A DNA stretch of 64,000 nucleotides from Vulcanimicrobiota bacterium (GCA_963786105.1 CAWAXX010000017.1:224001-288000); one strand, 5' to 3'; shown: positions 10,237 to 20,166, counted from the stretch's first letter. The notes: generated by a model not told the origin, from the sequence alone. A program made the numbers and translations.

Positions 10237-10656
10237 ATGAATGCCGCGCCTCCGATGATTTGCACGCGCTGCAACGGCCCCAGCAGCGAGGCCGAAAACT
10301 GTCCCAAATGCGGCACTCGGCTAAAGACGCTGCAGAGCCGGCAGCGCAGAGGCTGGGTGGCATTCGGCGCAGGACTGTTTCTGGTCATTTTTATGACCCC
10401 TGTCTGGATCTGGGTCGACGTTCTGCTCGCGGGCAACGGTCTCGCGCAGCGCGACGCGGCAACGGCCCAGTTCGAAGGGCGCATCAATGTTGCGTTCGGG
10501 CTCGTCGTCGTCGCCGGCGCACTCGGCGCGATCAACGGCTGGCTCATGGCTCGCACGGGAGTTCGAAACCGCGCGCTCGTCTTCGGGCTGATCGTGGTCT
10601 TCATCAGCGCGCTCATCGTCGCGTACACTGCGTCGAGCGGATATCGTCCATCGTGA
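10237..10656 (+). CDS. Membrane protein with N-terminal zinc ribbon
   Basis: CxxC...CPKCG followed by three hydrophobic helices. Confidence 0.7.
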   Translation: MNAAPPMICTRCNGPSSEAENCPKCGTRLKTLQSRQRRGWVAFGAGLFLVIFMTPVWIWVDVLLAGNGLAQRDAATAQFEGRINVAFGLVVVAGALGAINGWLMARTGVRNRALVFGLIVVFISALIVAYTASSGYRPS

Positions 10657-10796
10657 GGTAGCACAGTGCCGCTCGAATCGGCGATCTCCTCCAGCCGGCG
10701 TCACGCGCCCAAACCGGCGAACGCCGTTAATAACGGTTGATGACGATAACCTGCCTCCCGAGATAAAAGTAGACGGTGAGGATAGGACGGACCACA

Positions 10797-11339
10797 ATGC
10801 TTCTGCTGCTTATGGGCGCGCTTTTTGCGGTCTTTCCTTCAGGAGCCCGTGCGCAAAGTACGCCTACGGCTTCAGCCGCGGGCTGTCCGAGCGATCCGGC
10901 CTTTCACGCGCTCGATTTTTGGCTCGGAACGTGGCGTGTCACCGACGACGGCCGGTATGCCGGTACCGACGTCGTCGCGTCGGAGCTCGATGGCTGCGCC
11001 GTCGTCGAGAAGTGGACCGATGCCGACGGAAGCCGCGGCATGAGTCTTTTCGTTTACGATTGCTTTTCGGGGAGTTGGCACCAGACGTGGGTTACCGAGC
11101 TGGCAACGCACGTCGGCGGCCTGAAGTACAAAACGCTCGTAGCACGGTATTCAAACGGAGGCGTGCGCTTTGCGGGGATCCTCCCGGCGCCGCCCGGCAA
11201 GCCGCCGATTCTCGATCGAACGACCCTAACGCCGCTTGCAAACGGGACCGTGCACCAGGCAATCGAGATCTCTCGGGATGGAGGAAGCACCTGGGCCACG
11301 ACGTTCGACGCCATCTACGCGCATGCTACCCCGCCGTAA
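10797..11339 (+). CDS. Secreted beta-barrel protein (DUF1579-like), paralog 1
   Basis: Signal peptide; DFWLGTW, C..E.W, WHQTWV, SRDGGSTW motifs. Confidence 0.7.
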   Translation: MLLLLMGALFAVFPSGARAQSTPTASAAGCPSDPAFHALDFWLGTWRVTDDGRYAGTDVVASELDGCAVVEKWTDADGSRGMSLFVYDCFSGSWHQTWVTELATHVGGLKYKTLVARYSNGGVRFAGILPAPPGKPPILDRTTLTPLANGTVHQAIEISRDGGSTWATTFDAIYAHATPP

Positions 11340-11343
11340 GAGA

Positions 11344-11889
11344 GTGTCGTTGCGACGACTCATCGTTGCGGCGCTCGTATCGAGCATCGCTTTCCTCCCG
11401 GCAGGACGGCCCGCGTTGGGCCGCCCCGCGCCGTCGCCGTCACCGGGCCCTTGCGCCGCTTCCGAACGACGCCAGTTCGACTTTTGGATCGGCAACTGGC
11501 GCGTCGTCGACCGGTCTGGTGCATTCCAGGGCACGAACGATGTGACCGGCGAGTTCGGCGGATGTGCGATCCAAGAACACTGGAAAGGGTCCGACGGAAG
11601 CCGCGGTTCGAGCTTCAGTACGTACGTACCCAGCCGAAAGGAGTGGCAACAGACGTGGGTCGACTCGCACGGTCTTACGCTGCAGCTCTACGGCGGAATT
11701 CACGACGGCAGCATGGTGCTTTCCGGCCCGCGCACCACCCGAACCGGCACCGTCGTCGATCGTATCGTTTGGACGCCGCTTTCCCAAGGACGCGTGCGCC
11801 AAAACTGGCAAGAAGCCGACGCGAGCGAAAAGCACTGGCGAGAGATTTTCGACGGGTACTATTCGAGAGTCAAAGCGCCGGCGTCGTAG
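11344..11889 (+). CDS. Secreted beta-barrel protein (DUF1579-like), paralog 2
   Basis: GTG start, signal peptide; FDFWIGNW, CAIQEHW, WQQTWVD motifs shared with upstream gene. Confidence 0.7.
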   Translation: MSLRRLIVAALVSSIAFLPAGRPALGRPAPSPSPGPCAASERRQFDFWIGNWRVVDRSGAFQGTNDVTGEFGGCAIQEHWKGSDGSRGSSFSTYVPSRKEWQQTWVDSHGLTLQLYGGIHDGSMVLSGPRTTRTGTVVDRIVWTPLSQGRVRQNWQEADASEKHWREIFDGYYSRVKAPAS

Positions 11890-11928
11890 CTTGGATGAGC
11901 GCCGTTCCACGACGCCGAAGCATCCGCC

Positions 11929-13209
11929 GTGGGGTATGCGTTCGGATCGTTCACGTTCGATCCGCAGGTTTTGAGCCTGTACTGCCACGGCGTTGCTTTG
12001 CCGATTAAGCCAAAGACGGCCAGCCTCTTAGCGTTCTTCTTGCAACATCCCGGCGAGCTCGTGACCAAGGCGGAGCTCATGGATGCGCTGTGGCCCGACG
12101 CAGACGTGACCGAGGCGAACCTCACTCAGCACGTGTTTTTGATGCGGCAAATCTTCTCGGCGCACTCTCCTCACGAGACGTTCGTCGTTACCCAGGCCGC
12201 GCACGGCTATCGGTTCGTCGCGCCGGTACAGCCGATAGGGAAAGAGCCATGGCGGCGCTCCGGCTGGCGCGAATATTCGCGAGGGCGCTTTTACGCCGAT
12301 CAGCGCACGGACGCATCGCTCGAGCTCGGGCTTCAATACTTTCAAAGGGCATTCGCGATTGACGCACGGAACGCGGACGCGCTCTCGGGAATCGCCTTTT
12401 GCCACGTACTTCGAGCGGAGTATCTTCTCGCGGCGCCGGACGTGCTCGAGTTCGGAAGGGCGGCGGCGCAGAAGGCGTTGGAGCTCGACCCGGATCACGC
12501 CGAGGCGCACCTCGCGATGGGCGACGTTCACGTCTTTCGCGATTGGGATCCCGTTCGAGCGCAGCAGTCTTACGAGCGTGCGCTCTGGCGCAATCCGAGC
12601 AGCTCGCGGGTTCGCTATTTTCGCGCTTGGCTGTTCGGTATTACCGGAGAATTCGACCGAGGCGTTCACGAGATCGAGATGGCGATCGGCCGCGACCCGT
12701 ACTCGCTCGAACTACAGACGGTCCTCGCGGTGTTGGAGCTCATGCGCGGTGAGTTCGAGGCGTGCGTCGAGGCTTGCGACGACGTGCTCGCCCTCGATCC
12801 AACCAACGCACACGCGCGTTTCTATCGCCGCGCGGCGCTTGCGTACGGCGGTGCGCCCCGCGAAGCGCTCGAGGCGTTCCTGAACGAAGAGCCGGCGGAG
12901 CACCGGCAGCAGGCGATCGGCATCGCCGGCTATGCCGCCGGACTCTGCGGCGATACGCGCGAGGCGCGGCGGATGCTGGCCATGCTGACCGACCGCCGAA
13001 GTTTCGCGTACGTCTCGCCTTTCAACGTCGCGCACGTGCTACTCGGACTCGGCCGAGAAGCCGAGGCGATCGTGGAGCTGGAACGCGGAGTGCGTGAGCG
13101 CGATTCGTGGTCGATTTTCTTGCCGAGTCACCGGATTCTCTCGCGCGTAAACGGCATGGGCCGCGTTATTGCGAAGATCGCCCCGGGTCGCGGCGTGACG
13201 GCACGATAG
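11929..13209 (+). CDS. Winged-helix (OmpR/CadC-type) DNA-binding protein with TPR repeats
   Basis: LVTKAELMDALWP...NL...GYRF wHTH followed by TPR-like helices. Confidence 0.88.
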   Translation: MGYAFGSFTFDPQVLSLYCHGVALPIKPKTASLLAFFLQHPGELVTKAELMDALWPDADVTEANLTQHVFLMRQIFSAHSPHETFVVTQAAHGYRFVAPVQPIGKEPWRRSGWREYSRGRFYADQRTDASLELGLQYFQRAFAIDARNADALSGIAFCHVLRAEYLLAAPDVLEFGRAAAQKALELDPDHAEAHLAMGDVHVFRDWDPVRAQQSYERALWRNPSSSRVRYFRAWLFGITGEFDRGVHEIEMAIGRDPYSLELQTVLAVLELMRGEFEACVEACDDVLALDPTNAHARFYRRAALAYGGAPREALEAFLNEEPAEHRQQAIGIAGYAAGLCGDTREARRMLAMLTDRRSFAYVSPFNVAHVLLGLGREAEAIVELERGVRERDSWSIFLPSHRILSRVNGMGRVIAKIAPGRGVTAR

Positions 13210-13369
13210 GGCGCCACACGAGCTCGCCCGCGCAGTTGGGACATCGATAGGAGAGCAGAGCCGAGCAAGCCGGACAGAACGTGCACTCGTAGCTGCAAAT
13301 ACACGCGCGCTCCGTTGCCGGCAGCGGCAACCCGCACCTCTCGCAGGTTTCTTTCATCTGTAACGACAT
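13166..13369 (-). CDS. DUF1272 family Cys-rich protein
   Basis: CERC...ICSYECTFC..C...CPNCAGELV.RP signature. Confidence 0.85.
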   Translation of the reverse strand: MSLQMKETCERCGLPLPATERACICSYECTFCPACSALLSYRCPNCAGELVWRPIVPSRRDPGRSSQ

Positions 13370-13491
13370 CCATCCGTAGAGTAGTCCGGCACGGTCTGCG
13401 AGTCCTCAACCGGCCTCAATGTTAACACGCGTACAACGCCGCCGCAAAGTGTGAGTTGCGCGTACGACCCCGGCGGCGGTACTATGGGCGA

Positions 13492-13872
13492 ATGACGCCT
13501 CGGCCGACCGTAGCGATCGTGGCGACCGCCGTTTGGGGTGTGTTGTTGATTCCGGGGCTGGTCGGCGCGGCGCTGTCGCCGATGTTTTTCGACGCACCTG
13601 GCGGCTCGATGAACGATCCGGCTGCGTGGATCAACGCGCTCATCGTCGTTTCGTTTCCGTGCCTGTGCTTGGTGTCGATAGCCGGCGCGTGGATCGTCTG
13701 GCTTTGGCGCAAACGAAGCCCGACACGATCGGGGTCGTACGCGCAGATCGTGCTTGCCTGTCTTCCTTTGATACCGGTTATCTACGTTGGGGCGGCGTTG
13801 GTCATCGAAACCGTCGGCGTGCTGCGCAGCGGTCAACCCCTGGGACTTCACAGCACGATCATTCGGCACTAG
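13492..13872 (+). CDS. Small membrane protein
   Basis: Three hydrophobic segments, SPMFFDAPG motif. Confidence 0.65.
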   Translation: MTPRPTVAIVATAVWGVLLIPGLVGAALSPMFFDAPGGSMNDPAAWINALIVVSFPCLCLVSIAGAWIVWLWRKRSPTRSGSYAQIVLACLPLIPVIYVGAALVIETVGVLRSGQPLGLHSTIIRH

Positions 13873-13873
13873 T

Positions 13874-16800
13874 TCAGGATGACGCGGCGACGATACTTCC
13901 GACGGCGGAGACGGGGAGCAGCGAGTTGACGAGTTGTAGGGGATCGTAGGCCGAAACGGGCGTAAGGATTTCGCCGTCGCCGTCGCGTCGAGCGGCCCGT
14001 AAGGCATCGATAGCGTCCGGAAGTGCGAACTGTTCGCCGACGATGGTGGCGATGAACCGGCCGCCGCGAATTTCGCCGCGCGCTTCCATTCGTCGCAACG
14101 CTAAGAGCAGTTCGCGCCAGCGCGGAGTCAAACTTTCGCGCGCGATGACGTCGCGAAAAACGATGCCCCACCGGTTCAGCAAACGCCGCGCGAACAGATC
14201 GGCATCGATGCGCGAAACGGCCGAGCTTATTTTGGTCCAACGGCCGCTCGACGAACGAGGCCGCGCGCGCAGTCCTTTCTCCCCGAGGCGGCGCTTCGCG
14301 TCGATCAACGAACGCAGTGCATCGAAGCCGTCGGCGGTAACCAACCCGGCGGCGACGAGCTGCCAGAGCGCTTCTTCGACTTCGGCCGGCATGCGTTTGG
14401 TGGCCCGAACGATCTCGGCAAAGAAGGGCGCTCCCCGTTGCTCGATCGCCGTCAGCACCTCGCGGGCCGCGGTCGAGAGACCTTCGGGCGCATAGTCGTC
14501 GGTGCGAGCGATCAGTTCGTCGGCGTCGCTGCGCGCGAGCAACGCGATCGGCGCGAGCTTCGTCGGTCGAACCCGACGCTTGCGTTGGTGGTCGTTCGGC
14601 ACGAGCGCCGGATGCGGCGAAAGCCGCCCCCACATCACCTCGCCCGAGTAGCAGAGTTGATCCAGGTACTCCGGCTTGTAGCCGGCGATCCGCCGCGGCA
14701 GAATCTGCGCTTCCCAAGCGGCCGCGGGAATTTCGTAGCCCTCGAGTTGCCGAATGGCTTGCAGCGTGCCGTCAATGCCATGCAGGCGCGACGCGAGCGC
14801 GACGTGCTGCCATCGATACAAGAAGCGTGCGTAGTCGGCACTGGTGACGGGTTCGATCTCGCGCCTTAGCTGACCGATCGTCAGACGGTGGATGCGCGCG
14901 AGCACCCGCCGGTTGCACCACTCCTCGCCTTCGATGCGCCGGAAGCGTCCGCGCAGCACTTGACCCTCGCTTTCGAGGCGCAGCATGGCGGCTGCGACGG
15001 CGTCGCTATCGAGGCAGAGGCGTTGCGCCAGTTCCGCAACCGTCACCGGCCCGTTGCATTCGAGCCATCCGCGCACGATCTCAACGATCGCGTCCTGCGC
15101 TAGATCGGGCACGTGCATGCCGGTGACGGCGGTCATGTCGGGAAGCAGGGTCGCGTTTGGATACGCAAGGCGTGCTAGCTCGAGTCGTTCGGCGCATACC
15201 CACAATGGGTTCGTTCCGACGTGCATCGTGGCGGCGCGCCGCTGCGCGACGAGCGCCTCGAACCAGGGCATCCAGGCTTGCGGCGGTGGGAGAACGATAA
15301 GCGTAGCAAGGGCGTCGTGCAGCTCGTCGGCGTCACGCACGACCGGCCACGATTCTTCGGCGATTTCTTCGATGGCCTTTGGATTGAGAATGCCGGCGCC
15401 GTTGGCGTCGTCGCGCGTGGTGCGTCGCAACTGTACGGCTCGCGCCCGGCGTTCCTCCAGCGGCGCATCGTCGAGGTAGGCGAACGGATTGGCGTTGAGA
15501 ATTTCGTGGCTGAAAACGGATGGCTCGGGTGTGTCGATGGCGACCGTTCGGATGTTCCCGCCTTCGATATCGCGTAGGATGCGCAGCAGGCCTTCGAGAT
15601 CCATGGCCTCCTGCAAACAGTTTGCGATCGTTTCGCGTACGAGCACGTGGTCGGGAATCAGAATGGGTCCAGTGAGGTTCTCCGGACAGGCGACCTGGTC
15701 GGGGAAGACCGCGGCCAGCAGATCGTTTGCTCGCATGCGCAGCAGCTGCGGGGGCACTTTGCGTCCGCCGCGCATGCGCGCGATCGTCAGCGCTCGGGTC
15801 GCGTTCCAGCGCCAGCGCGCTTCGAACATCGGTGCGGGCAGCAGCGCCTGGGTGAGAACGCTTTCGACGCTGGCCGATTTCAAATACTCGAAGACGGCTT
15901 CGAGCGGAAAGGCGTGTTGCTCCGCGAGCGAGATGACGACGCCGTTGTCGGTAGCCGCCGCTTGCAATTCAAAGTTGAACGAAACGCAGAAACGCTTGCG
16001 CAGGGCCAGTCCCCACGCGCGGTTGATGCGCGCGCCAAAAGGCGTATGCAGGATCAGCTGCATGCCGCCGCCTTCGTCGAAAAAGCGTTCGGCGACGATC
16101 GTGCGGTCGCTGGGGATCGCTCCCAGCGCAGCCTTGGCGGCTCGGATGTAGGCGACGATTTGCTCGGCGCCGCTCGAATCCAGTCCGCACTCGCCGGTCA
16201 GCAGCTCGATGGCGCCGGCATCGTCGCGCTCGTCGATGGCGATGCGTAACTCGGAGACTTCGTGCGACAATTCGATGGTGCGGCCGAGCCCCTCACCGTT
16301 CCAAAACGGGATGGTGGGCGGCGAGCCGTGGGCGTCTTCGACGCGCACGGTACTGGCTTCGACGCGCCGAATCTTCCACGAGTTCGTGCCGAGAAGAAAG
16401 ATGTCGCCGGCCAGACTCTCGATTGCGAAGTCTTCGTCGAGAGTACCGACGACGTTGCCGTCGGGCTCGGCAACGACCGTGTAGTTAGCCGTGTCCGGAA
16501 TGGCCCCGCCACACGTAATCGCCGATAAGCGCGCGCCGCGGCGCGCGCGCAGCACGCCGTTCACGCGGTCATGATGCAGAAAGGTTCCGCTGCGCCCGCG
16601 CGCCGTCGCCACACCGTCGGCAACCAGCGAAACGACCGCATCGAAGTCCTCGCGCGAAAGTTCGCGGTATGGGTACGTGCCGCGCACGAGATCGTAGAGA
16701 GCGTCGGCTTTCCATTCGTGGGCGGCGCAGGCGGCCACGATTTGTTGCGCAAGAATATCGAGCGGTGCGTTGGTTATTTCCAGCGCGTCCATGGCGCCGC

Positions 16801-17974
16801 CGCGCAACGCGCGCACGAGCGCCGCGCATTCGAGCAGTTCGTCACGAGTGGTTGCAAAAATCTTGCCTTGCGGCATCGCGCCGACCCAATGCCCGGACCG
16901 GCCGATGCGCTGCAACGCGGTGGCGATGGAACGCGGGGTTCCGAGCTGAACGACCAGATCGATGGTGCCGATGTCGATGCCGAGTTCCAGCGAGGCGGTG
17001 GCGACCACCGCGCGCAGTTTCCCGCTCTTGAGAAGGTTTTCGGCGTCGAAGCGCGTTTCGCGCGCCAAGCTTCCGTGATGGGGCATTACGATGCCTTCAC
17101 CCAGACGCTGTTCCAGCGCAAAGGCGACCCGTTCGCTCATGCGGCGGGTTGGAACGAACACCAGCGTCGTGCGATTGGCGAGGACCATGTCGGCAACGCG
17201 ATCGTAGATCTCCGCCCACATCTCGCCGCTGGCCACGGCGCCAAGCTCGTCGCTGGGTATCTCGACCGCGAGCCCCATCGGCCGGCGGCTACCGACGTCG
17301 ACGATCGTCGCGGTGGGGCTGAGAAAGTTGGCGATGCGCTCGAGCGGGCGGACCGTTGCCGATAGGCCGATGCGCTGCGGCTTTCGGTTACCGCCTTCGG
17401 CGACTAGTGCGTCGAGACGAGCGAGCGTGAGCATGAGGTGCGACCCGCGTTTGCTGTTGGCGACCGCATGGATTTCGTCGACGATGACGGTCGAGACGTT
17501 TCCGAAGAGCGCGCGCGACTTTTCGGCGGTGAGAAGGATAAACAGCGACTCCGGCGTGGTGACCAGCACGTGTGGTGGCTTGCGCAGCATGCGCTGCCGC
17601 TCGGCGGTCGTGGTGTCGCCGGTGCGAACCGCCGTTCTGATCGGCGCGAGAGGCGTGAGCCGCTGGTTGGCGCGTGCGACGAGCTCGGCGAGCGGCAATT
17701 CGAGGTTCTTGCGAACGTCGTTGGTCAGGGCTTTGAGGGGCGAGACGTACACCACCAGCGTTTCTTCCGGGAGAACGTCGTCGGCGGCGCGGCGTACCAG
17801 ATCGTCGAGGCAGATGAGGAACGCCGCCAGCGTTTTGCCCGATCCGGTAGGCGCGCAGATTAACGTGTCGCCGCCCTGGCGGATCGGCGGCCAGCCCTGG
17901 AGTTGCGGCTCCGTCGGTTGCCCGAAACGCTCGGCGAACCATTCGCTCACCAGCGGATGGAAAGTCTTCAGCAC
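13874..17974 (-). CDS. lhr: Lhr-like DEAD/DEAH-box ATP-dependent helicase with C-terminal winged-helix domain
   Basis: APTGSGKT, SPLKAL, DEIH, LSAT, HHGSL, SLELGID, QRIGRSGH motifs; 1366 aa. Confidence 0.9.
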   Translation of the reverse strand: MLKTFHPLVSEWFAERFGQPTEPQLQGWPPIRQGGDTLICAPTGSGKTLAAFLICLDDLVRRAADDVLPEETLVVYVSPLKALTNDVRKNLELPLAELVARANQRLTPLAPIRTAVRTGDTTTAERQRMLRKPPHVLVTTPESLFILLTAEKSRALFGNVSTVIVDEIHAVANSKRGSHLMLTLARLDALVAEGGNRKPQRIGLSATVRPLERIANFLSPTATIVDVGSRRPMGLAVEIPSDELGAVASGEMWAEIYDRVADMVLANRTTLVFVPTRRMSERVAFALEQRLGEGIVMPHHGSLARETRFDAENLLKSGKLRAVVATASLELGIDIGTIDLVVQLGTPRSIATALQRIGRSGHWVGAMPQGKIFATTRDELLECAALVRALRGGAMDALEITNAPLDILAQQIVAACAAHEWKADALYDLVRGTYPYRELSREDFDAVVSLVADGVATARGRSGTFLHHDRVNGVLRARRGARLSAITCGGAIPDTANYTVVAEPDGNVVGTLDEDFAIESLAGDIFLLGTNSWKIRRVEASTVRVEDAHGSPPTIPFWNGEGLGRTIELSHEVSELRIAIDERDDAGAIELLTGECGLDSSGAEQIVAYIRAAKAALGAIPSDRTIVAERFFDEGGGMQLILHTPFGARINRAWGLALRKRFCVSFNFELQAAATDNGVVISLAEQHAFPLEAVFEYLKSASVESVLTQALLPAPMFEARWRWNATRALTIARMRGGRKVPPQLLRMRANDLLAAVFPDQVACPENLTGPILIPDHVLVRETIANCLQEAMDLEGLLRILRDIEGGNIRTVAIDTPEPSVFSHEILNANPFAYLDDAPLEERRARAVQLRRTTRDDANGAGILNPKAIEEIAEESWPVVRDADELHDALATLIVLPPPQAWMPWFEALVAQRRAATMHVGTNPLWVCAERLELARLAYPNATLLPDMTAVTGMHVPDLAQDAIVEIVRGWLECNGPVTVAELAQRLCLDSDAVAAAMLRLESEGQVLRGRFRRIEGEEWCNRRVLARIHRLTIGQLRREIEPVTSADYARFLYRWQHVALASRLHGIDGTLQAIRQLEGYEIPAAAWEAQILPRRIAGYKPEYLDQLCYSGEVMWGRLSPHPALVPNDHQRKRRVRPTKLAPIALLARSDADELIARTDDYAPEGLSTAAREVLTAIEQRGAPFFAEIVRATKRMPAEVEEALWQLVAAGLVTADGFDALRSLIDAKRRLGEKGLRARPRSSSGRWTKISSAVSRIDADLFARRLLNRWGIVFRDVIARESLTPRWRELLLALRRMEARGEIRGGRFIATIVGEQFALPDAIDALRAARRDGDGEILTPVSAYDPLQLVNSLLPVSAVGSIVAASS

Positions 17975-18171
17975 GGTCTTTCCACGCTCAACCCTCTTCC
18001 GGCCGGTACTGTTTCAGCGGCCGGCGCGAAAAACAGCGAGCCGGTGCGCTTCGGATCGGCGCTGTAGAGCGGGCAAGCGTCAGATCTGTAACGCTCGACA
18101 CCGGTTCGGCGACCTGGGTACGGACCACGGACCTCGCGAATACGCGCGCATCGTTCGTTCATTTTTGCGAG

Positions 18172-18403
18172 TCGCACAAGATTCTGTCGGATATTGCCGC
18201 GGGCAAGCTGGCGGACGTGTCGTGGGTGGTGCTTTCCGGGATCAACTGCGACGATGCGGGAACCGTACGCGAAGCGCAGAGCTACGTCTCGCACACGTAG
18301 TACGAGTTTGGAAGCATGAAGGTCGTCGAGGGGACGTTCGGGACCGGGTCGTTAAACACGACCGCCGTACAGGCTCGAAAACAGCCTGCCGGACTCGGAT
18401 TAG
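18172..18403 (+). pseudogene. Degraded phosphoesterase/phospholipase C family relic
   Basis: Frame +1 reads ILSDIAAGKLADVSWV...NCDDAG then YVSHT*YEFGSMKVVEGTFGTGSLNTT...NSLPD, with an in-frame TAG at 18298 and an apparent large internal deletion; family recognised from memory. Confidence 0.55.
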
Positions 18404-18489
18404 CCTCCACAAAGGGTCGACGAGAAGGTTGAAGGAATAACGCGCCCTACCCCCTTCACCATTCGGAGCCTTTTGGAGGACTCAGATTC

Positions 18490-19680
18490 ATGAATTTCGG
18501 CAGAATCGCCGCGGCCGTCGCCGTCGGCGCGATGCTAGCTGCGTGTAGCGGTCAGGGCGGCTCGATGCCGACCCAGACGCAGGGCGTCGGCCAAGCAGTT
18601 CCCTTTGCAGGCGGCGCCACGGCGGGCCATAGCATTGCGGACGTCAATCACTGGGTACCGCGCTACATCACGATGCAGCCGCGGAACGTCAACTACGCCA
18701 TGCTCGACAAGCAGCAGGCAGCGGGCACGACTATTCCGTTCTTTAGCGGATCGGTGAAGTCGCCGCTCGACAACAGGACGTATACTTATAAAATCGCCGG
18801 TAAGGACCCGACGAGGAGCATCAGAACGACCCAAATCAAGACCGTACCGATCGTATTGGTCATCACGTTCGCCGATGGAACGGTACTCGATCCCACGCAA
18901 CCGGGCTGCAACGACTCGGTTTCGGTGGCCGATCGGTTCTTCAAGGGTCCGAACTTCGTCAAGACCCCGTTGACGTCGAACGGCGTTAACGTCGGCAAAA
19001 CCCAAGTCACCGACGGCTTCCAACGCGCGGAATTTTGGAACGTCCTGAAGAGCAACAGATACCACACCGCGCTGAAACTTGCGGTGGCACCGATCATCGT
19101 CAACATCAACGCCCCCGCGGGGTCGAAGACGGTGGGCGGCGTTTGCAGCGGTAACAACCATCGCATCGGCGAGATCGACATCAACGCGTACGACAACCTC
19201 GTGACGAATCTCGCGACCCAGTATGCTACGACGTCGCAACTTCCGGTCGTTCTCTCGTACAACACGTTCGAAACCAGCGGCGGCTGCTGCATCCTCGGCT
19301 ACCACAGCGCCTTCTCCCGCTCGGGGGGAACGCAAGTCTATGCCGTCGGCGCATATAACGACGCCGGCGTCTTCGGTACCACGCCCATCGAAGACATCCA
19401 CGCGTGGACGCACGAGATCGGCGAACTCCTGAACGATCCATTCGTCAACAACGCAACGCCGGCGTGGGGCCACGTCGGCCAAGTCGGCGGTTGCCAGAAC
19501 AACTTCGAAGTCGGCGATCCGCTCACGGGCACCGCCTTCACCCTCAGCTACAACGGCTTCGCGTACCACCCGCAAGAACTCGCGTTCTTCGATTGGTTCT
19601 ACCGTACGCCCTCAAAGGGCACCGGCGGAAAGTTCTCGTTCGAAGGGACCTTCACGAGTTCGCAGGGCGCCTGCCACTAG
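18490..19680 (+). CDS. Lipoprotein with HExxE motif (Phi-1/EXORDIUM-like C-terminal domain)
   Basis: GGAGG SD, lipobox LAAC, GYHS and HEIGELLNDP motifs, EVGDP. Confidence 0.75.
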   Translation: MNFGRIAAAVAVGAMLAACSGQGGSMPTQTQGVGQAVPFAGGATAGHSIADVNHWVPRYITMQPRNVNYAMLDKQQAAGTTIPFFSGSVKSPLDNRTYTYKIAGKDPTRSIRTTQIKTVPIVLVITFADGTVLDPTQPGCNDSVSVADRFFKGPNFVKTPLTSNGVNVGKTQVTDGFQRAEFWNVLKSNRYHTALKLAVAPIIVNINAPAGSKTVGGVCSGNNHRIGEIDINAYDNLVTNLATQYATTSQLPVVLSYNTFETSGGCCILGYHSAFSRSGGTQVYAVGAYNDAGVFGTTPIEDIHAWTHEIGELLNDPFVNNATPAWGHVGQVGGCQNNFEVGDPLTGTAFTLSYNGFAYHPQELAFFDWFYRTPSKGTGGKFSFEGTFTSSQGACH

Positions 19681-19713
19681 AAGAAGCTGCTGATTCGCAT
19701 CAGTCGCTAAACA

Positions 19714-19743
19714 AAGAGGCCTCGCCTTCGGGTGGGGCCTCTT
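19714..19743. terminator. Bidirectional intrinsic terminator between the lipoprotein gene and tRNA-Val
   Basis: AAGAGGCCTCGCC-TTCG-GGTGGGGCCTCTT hairpin between convergent genes. Confidence 0.8.
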
Positions 19744-19767
19744 CTTATTTGCTAGTCGCGTCGAAAA

Positions 19768-19842
19768 TGGTGGGCGGTACTGGGATTGAACCAGTGACCC
19801 CTTCCGTGTCAAGGAAGTGCTCTCCCACTGAGCTAACCGCCC
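19768..19842 (-). tRNA. tRNA-Val(GAC)
   Basis: Cloverleaf on minus strand, anticodon loop TTGACAC, GGTTCAAT T-loop, encoded CCA. Confidence 0.95.
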
Positions 19843-19901
19843 GCAATCGCTGGATTTTCGCGCCCTTCGGCGCCTTCCCGATGCGCACCTGGCCGCACGG
19901 T

Positions 19902-19930
19902 TTGACTCGTTTGCGATTGCGTGGTACAGT
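19902..19930 (+). promoter_or_regulatory. sigma70-type promoter with extended -10
   Basis: TTGACT-17 bp-TACAGT with TGn immediately upstream of the -10. Confidence 0.7.
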
Positions 19931-19982
19931 GTCGTGCACGAACATTAGTCGCGCACGAATCTCGTCACGAAAAGGAGGCACG

Positions 19983-20075
19983 ATGACCAATAACCGCACG
20001 CGTAATCGTAACGTCGCGCCGCAATTTGGCGGCGGGTCGCTTCGTTCTGGACCTTCGGACTACGGGCCGGCGTAA
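19983..20075 (+). CDS. Putative leader peptide (30 aa, MTNNRTRNRNVAPQFGGGSLRSGPSDYGPA)
   Basis: Strong SD AAAGGAGG just upstream, downstream of the predicted promoter, followed by competing hairpins. Confidence 0.6.
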   Translation: MTNNRTRNRNVAPQFGGGSLRSGPSDYGPA

Positions 20076-20100
20076 AGCATAGCCGGTTTCAAGAGTGTTC

Positions 20101-20146
20101 GAAGGCCTCCGCGAATCGACCGGGGGCCTTTTCAATTTCACTTTTT
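20101..20146 (+). terminator. Attenuator-type intrinsic terminator
   Basis: 11-bp stem GAAGGCCTCCG/CGGGGGCCTTT followed by a T-rich tract, upstream of a small gene. Confidence 0.7.
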
Positions 20147-20166
20147 CCGTCATGAAGGGCGAAATC

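Noticed and set aside
17313..18440. 375-aa plus-strand ORF and the 17968..18294 minus-strand ORF
   Set aside because: The first is largely antisense to lhr; both have Arg/Ser-rich non-coding composition, and the gap is better explained by the phosphoesterase relic.
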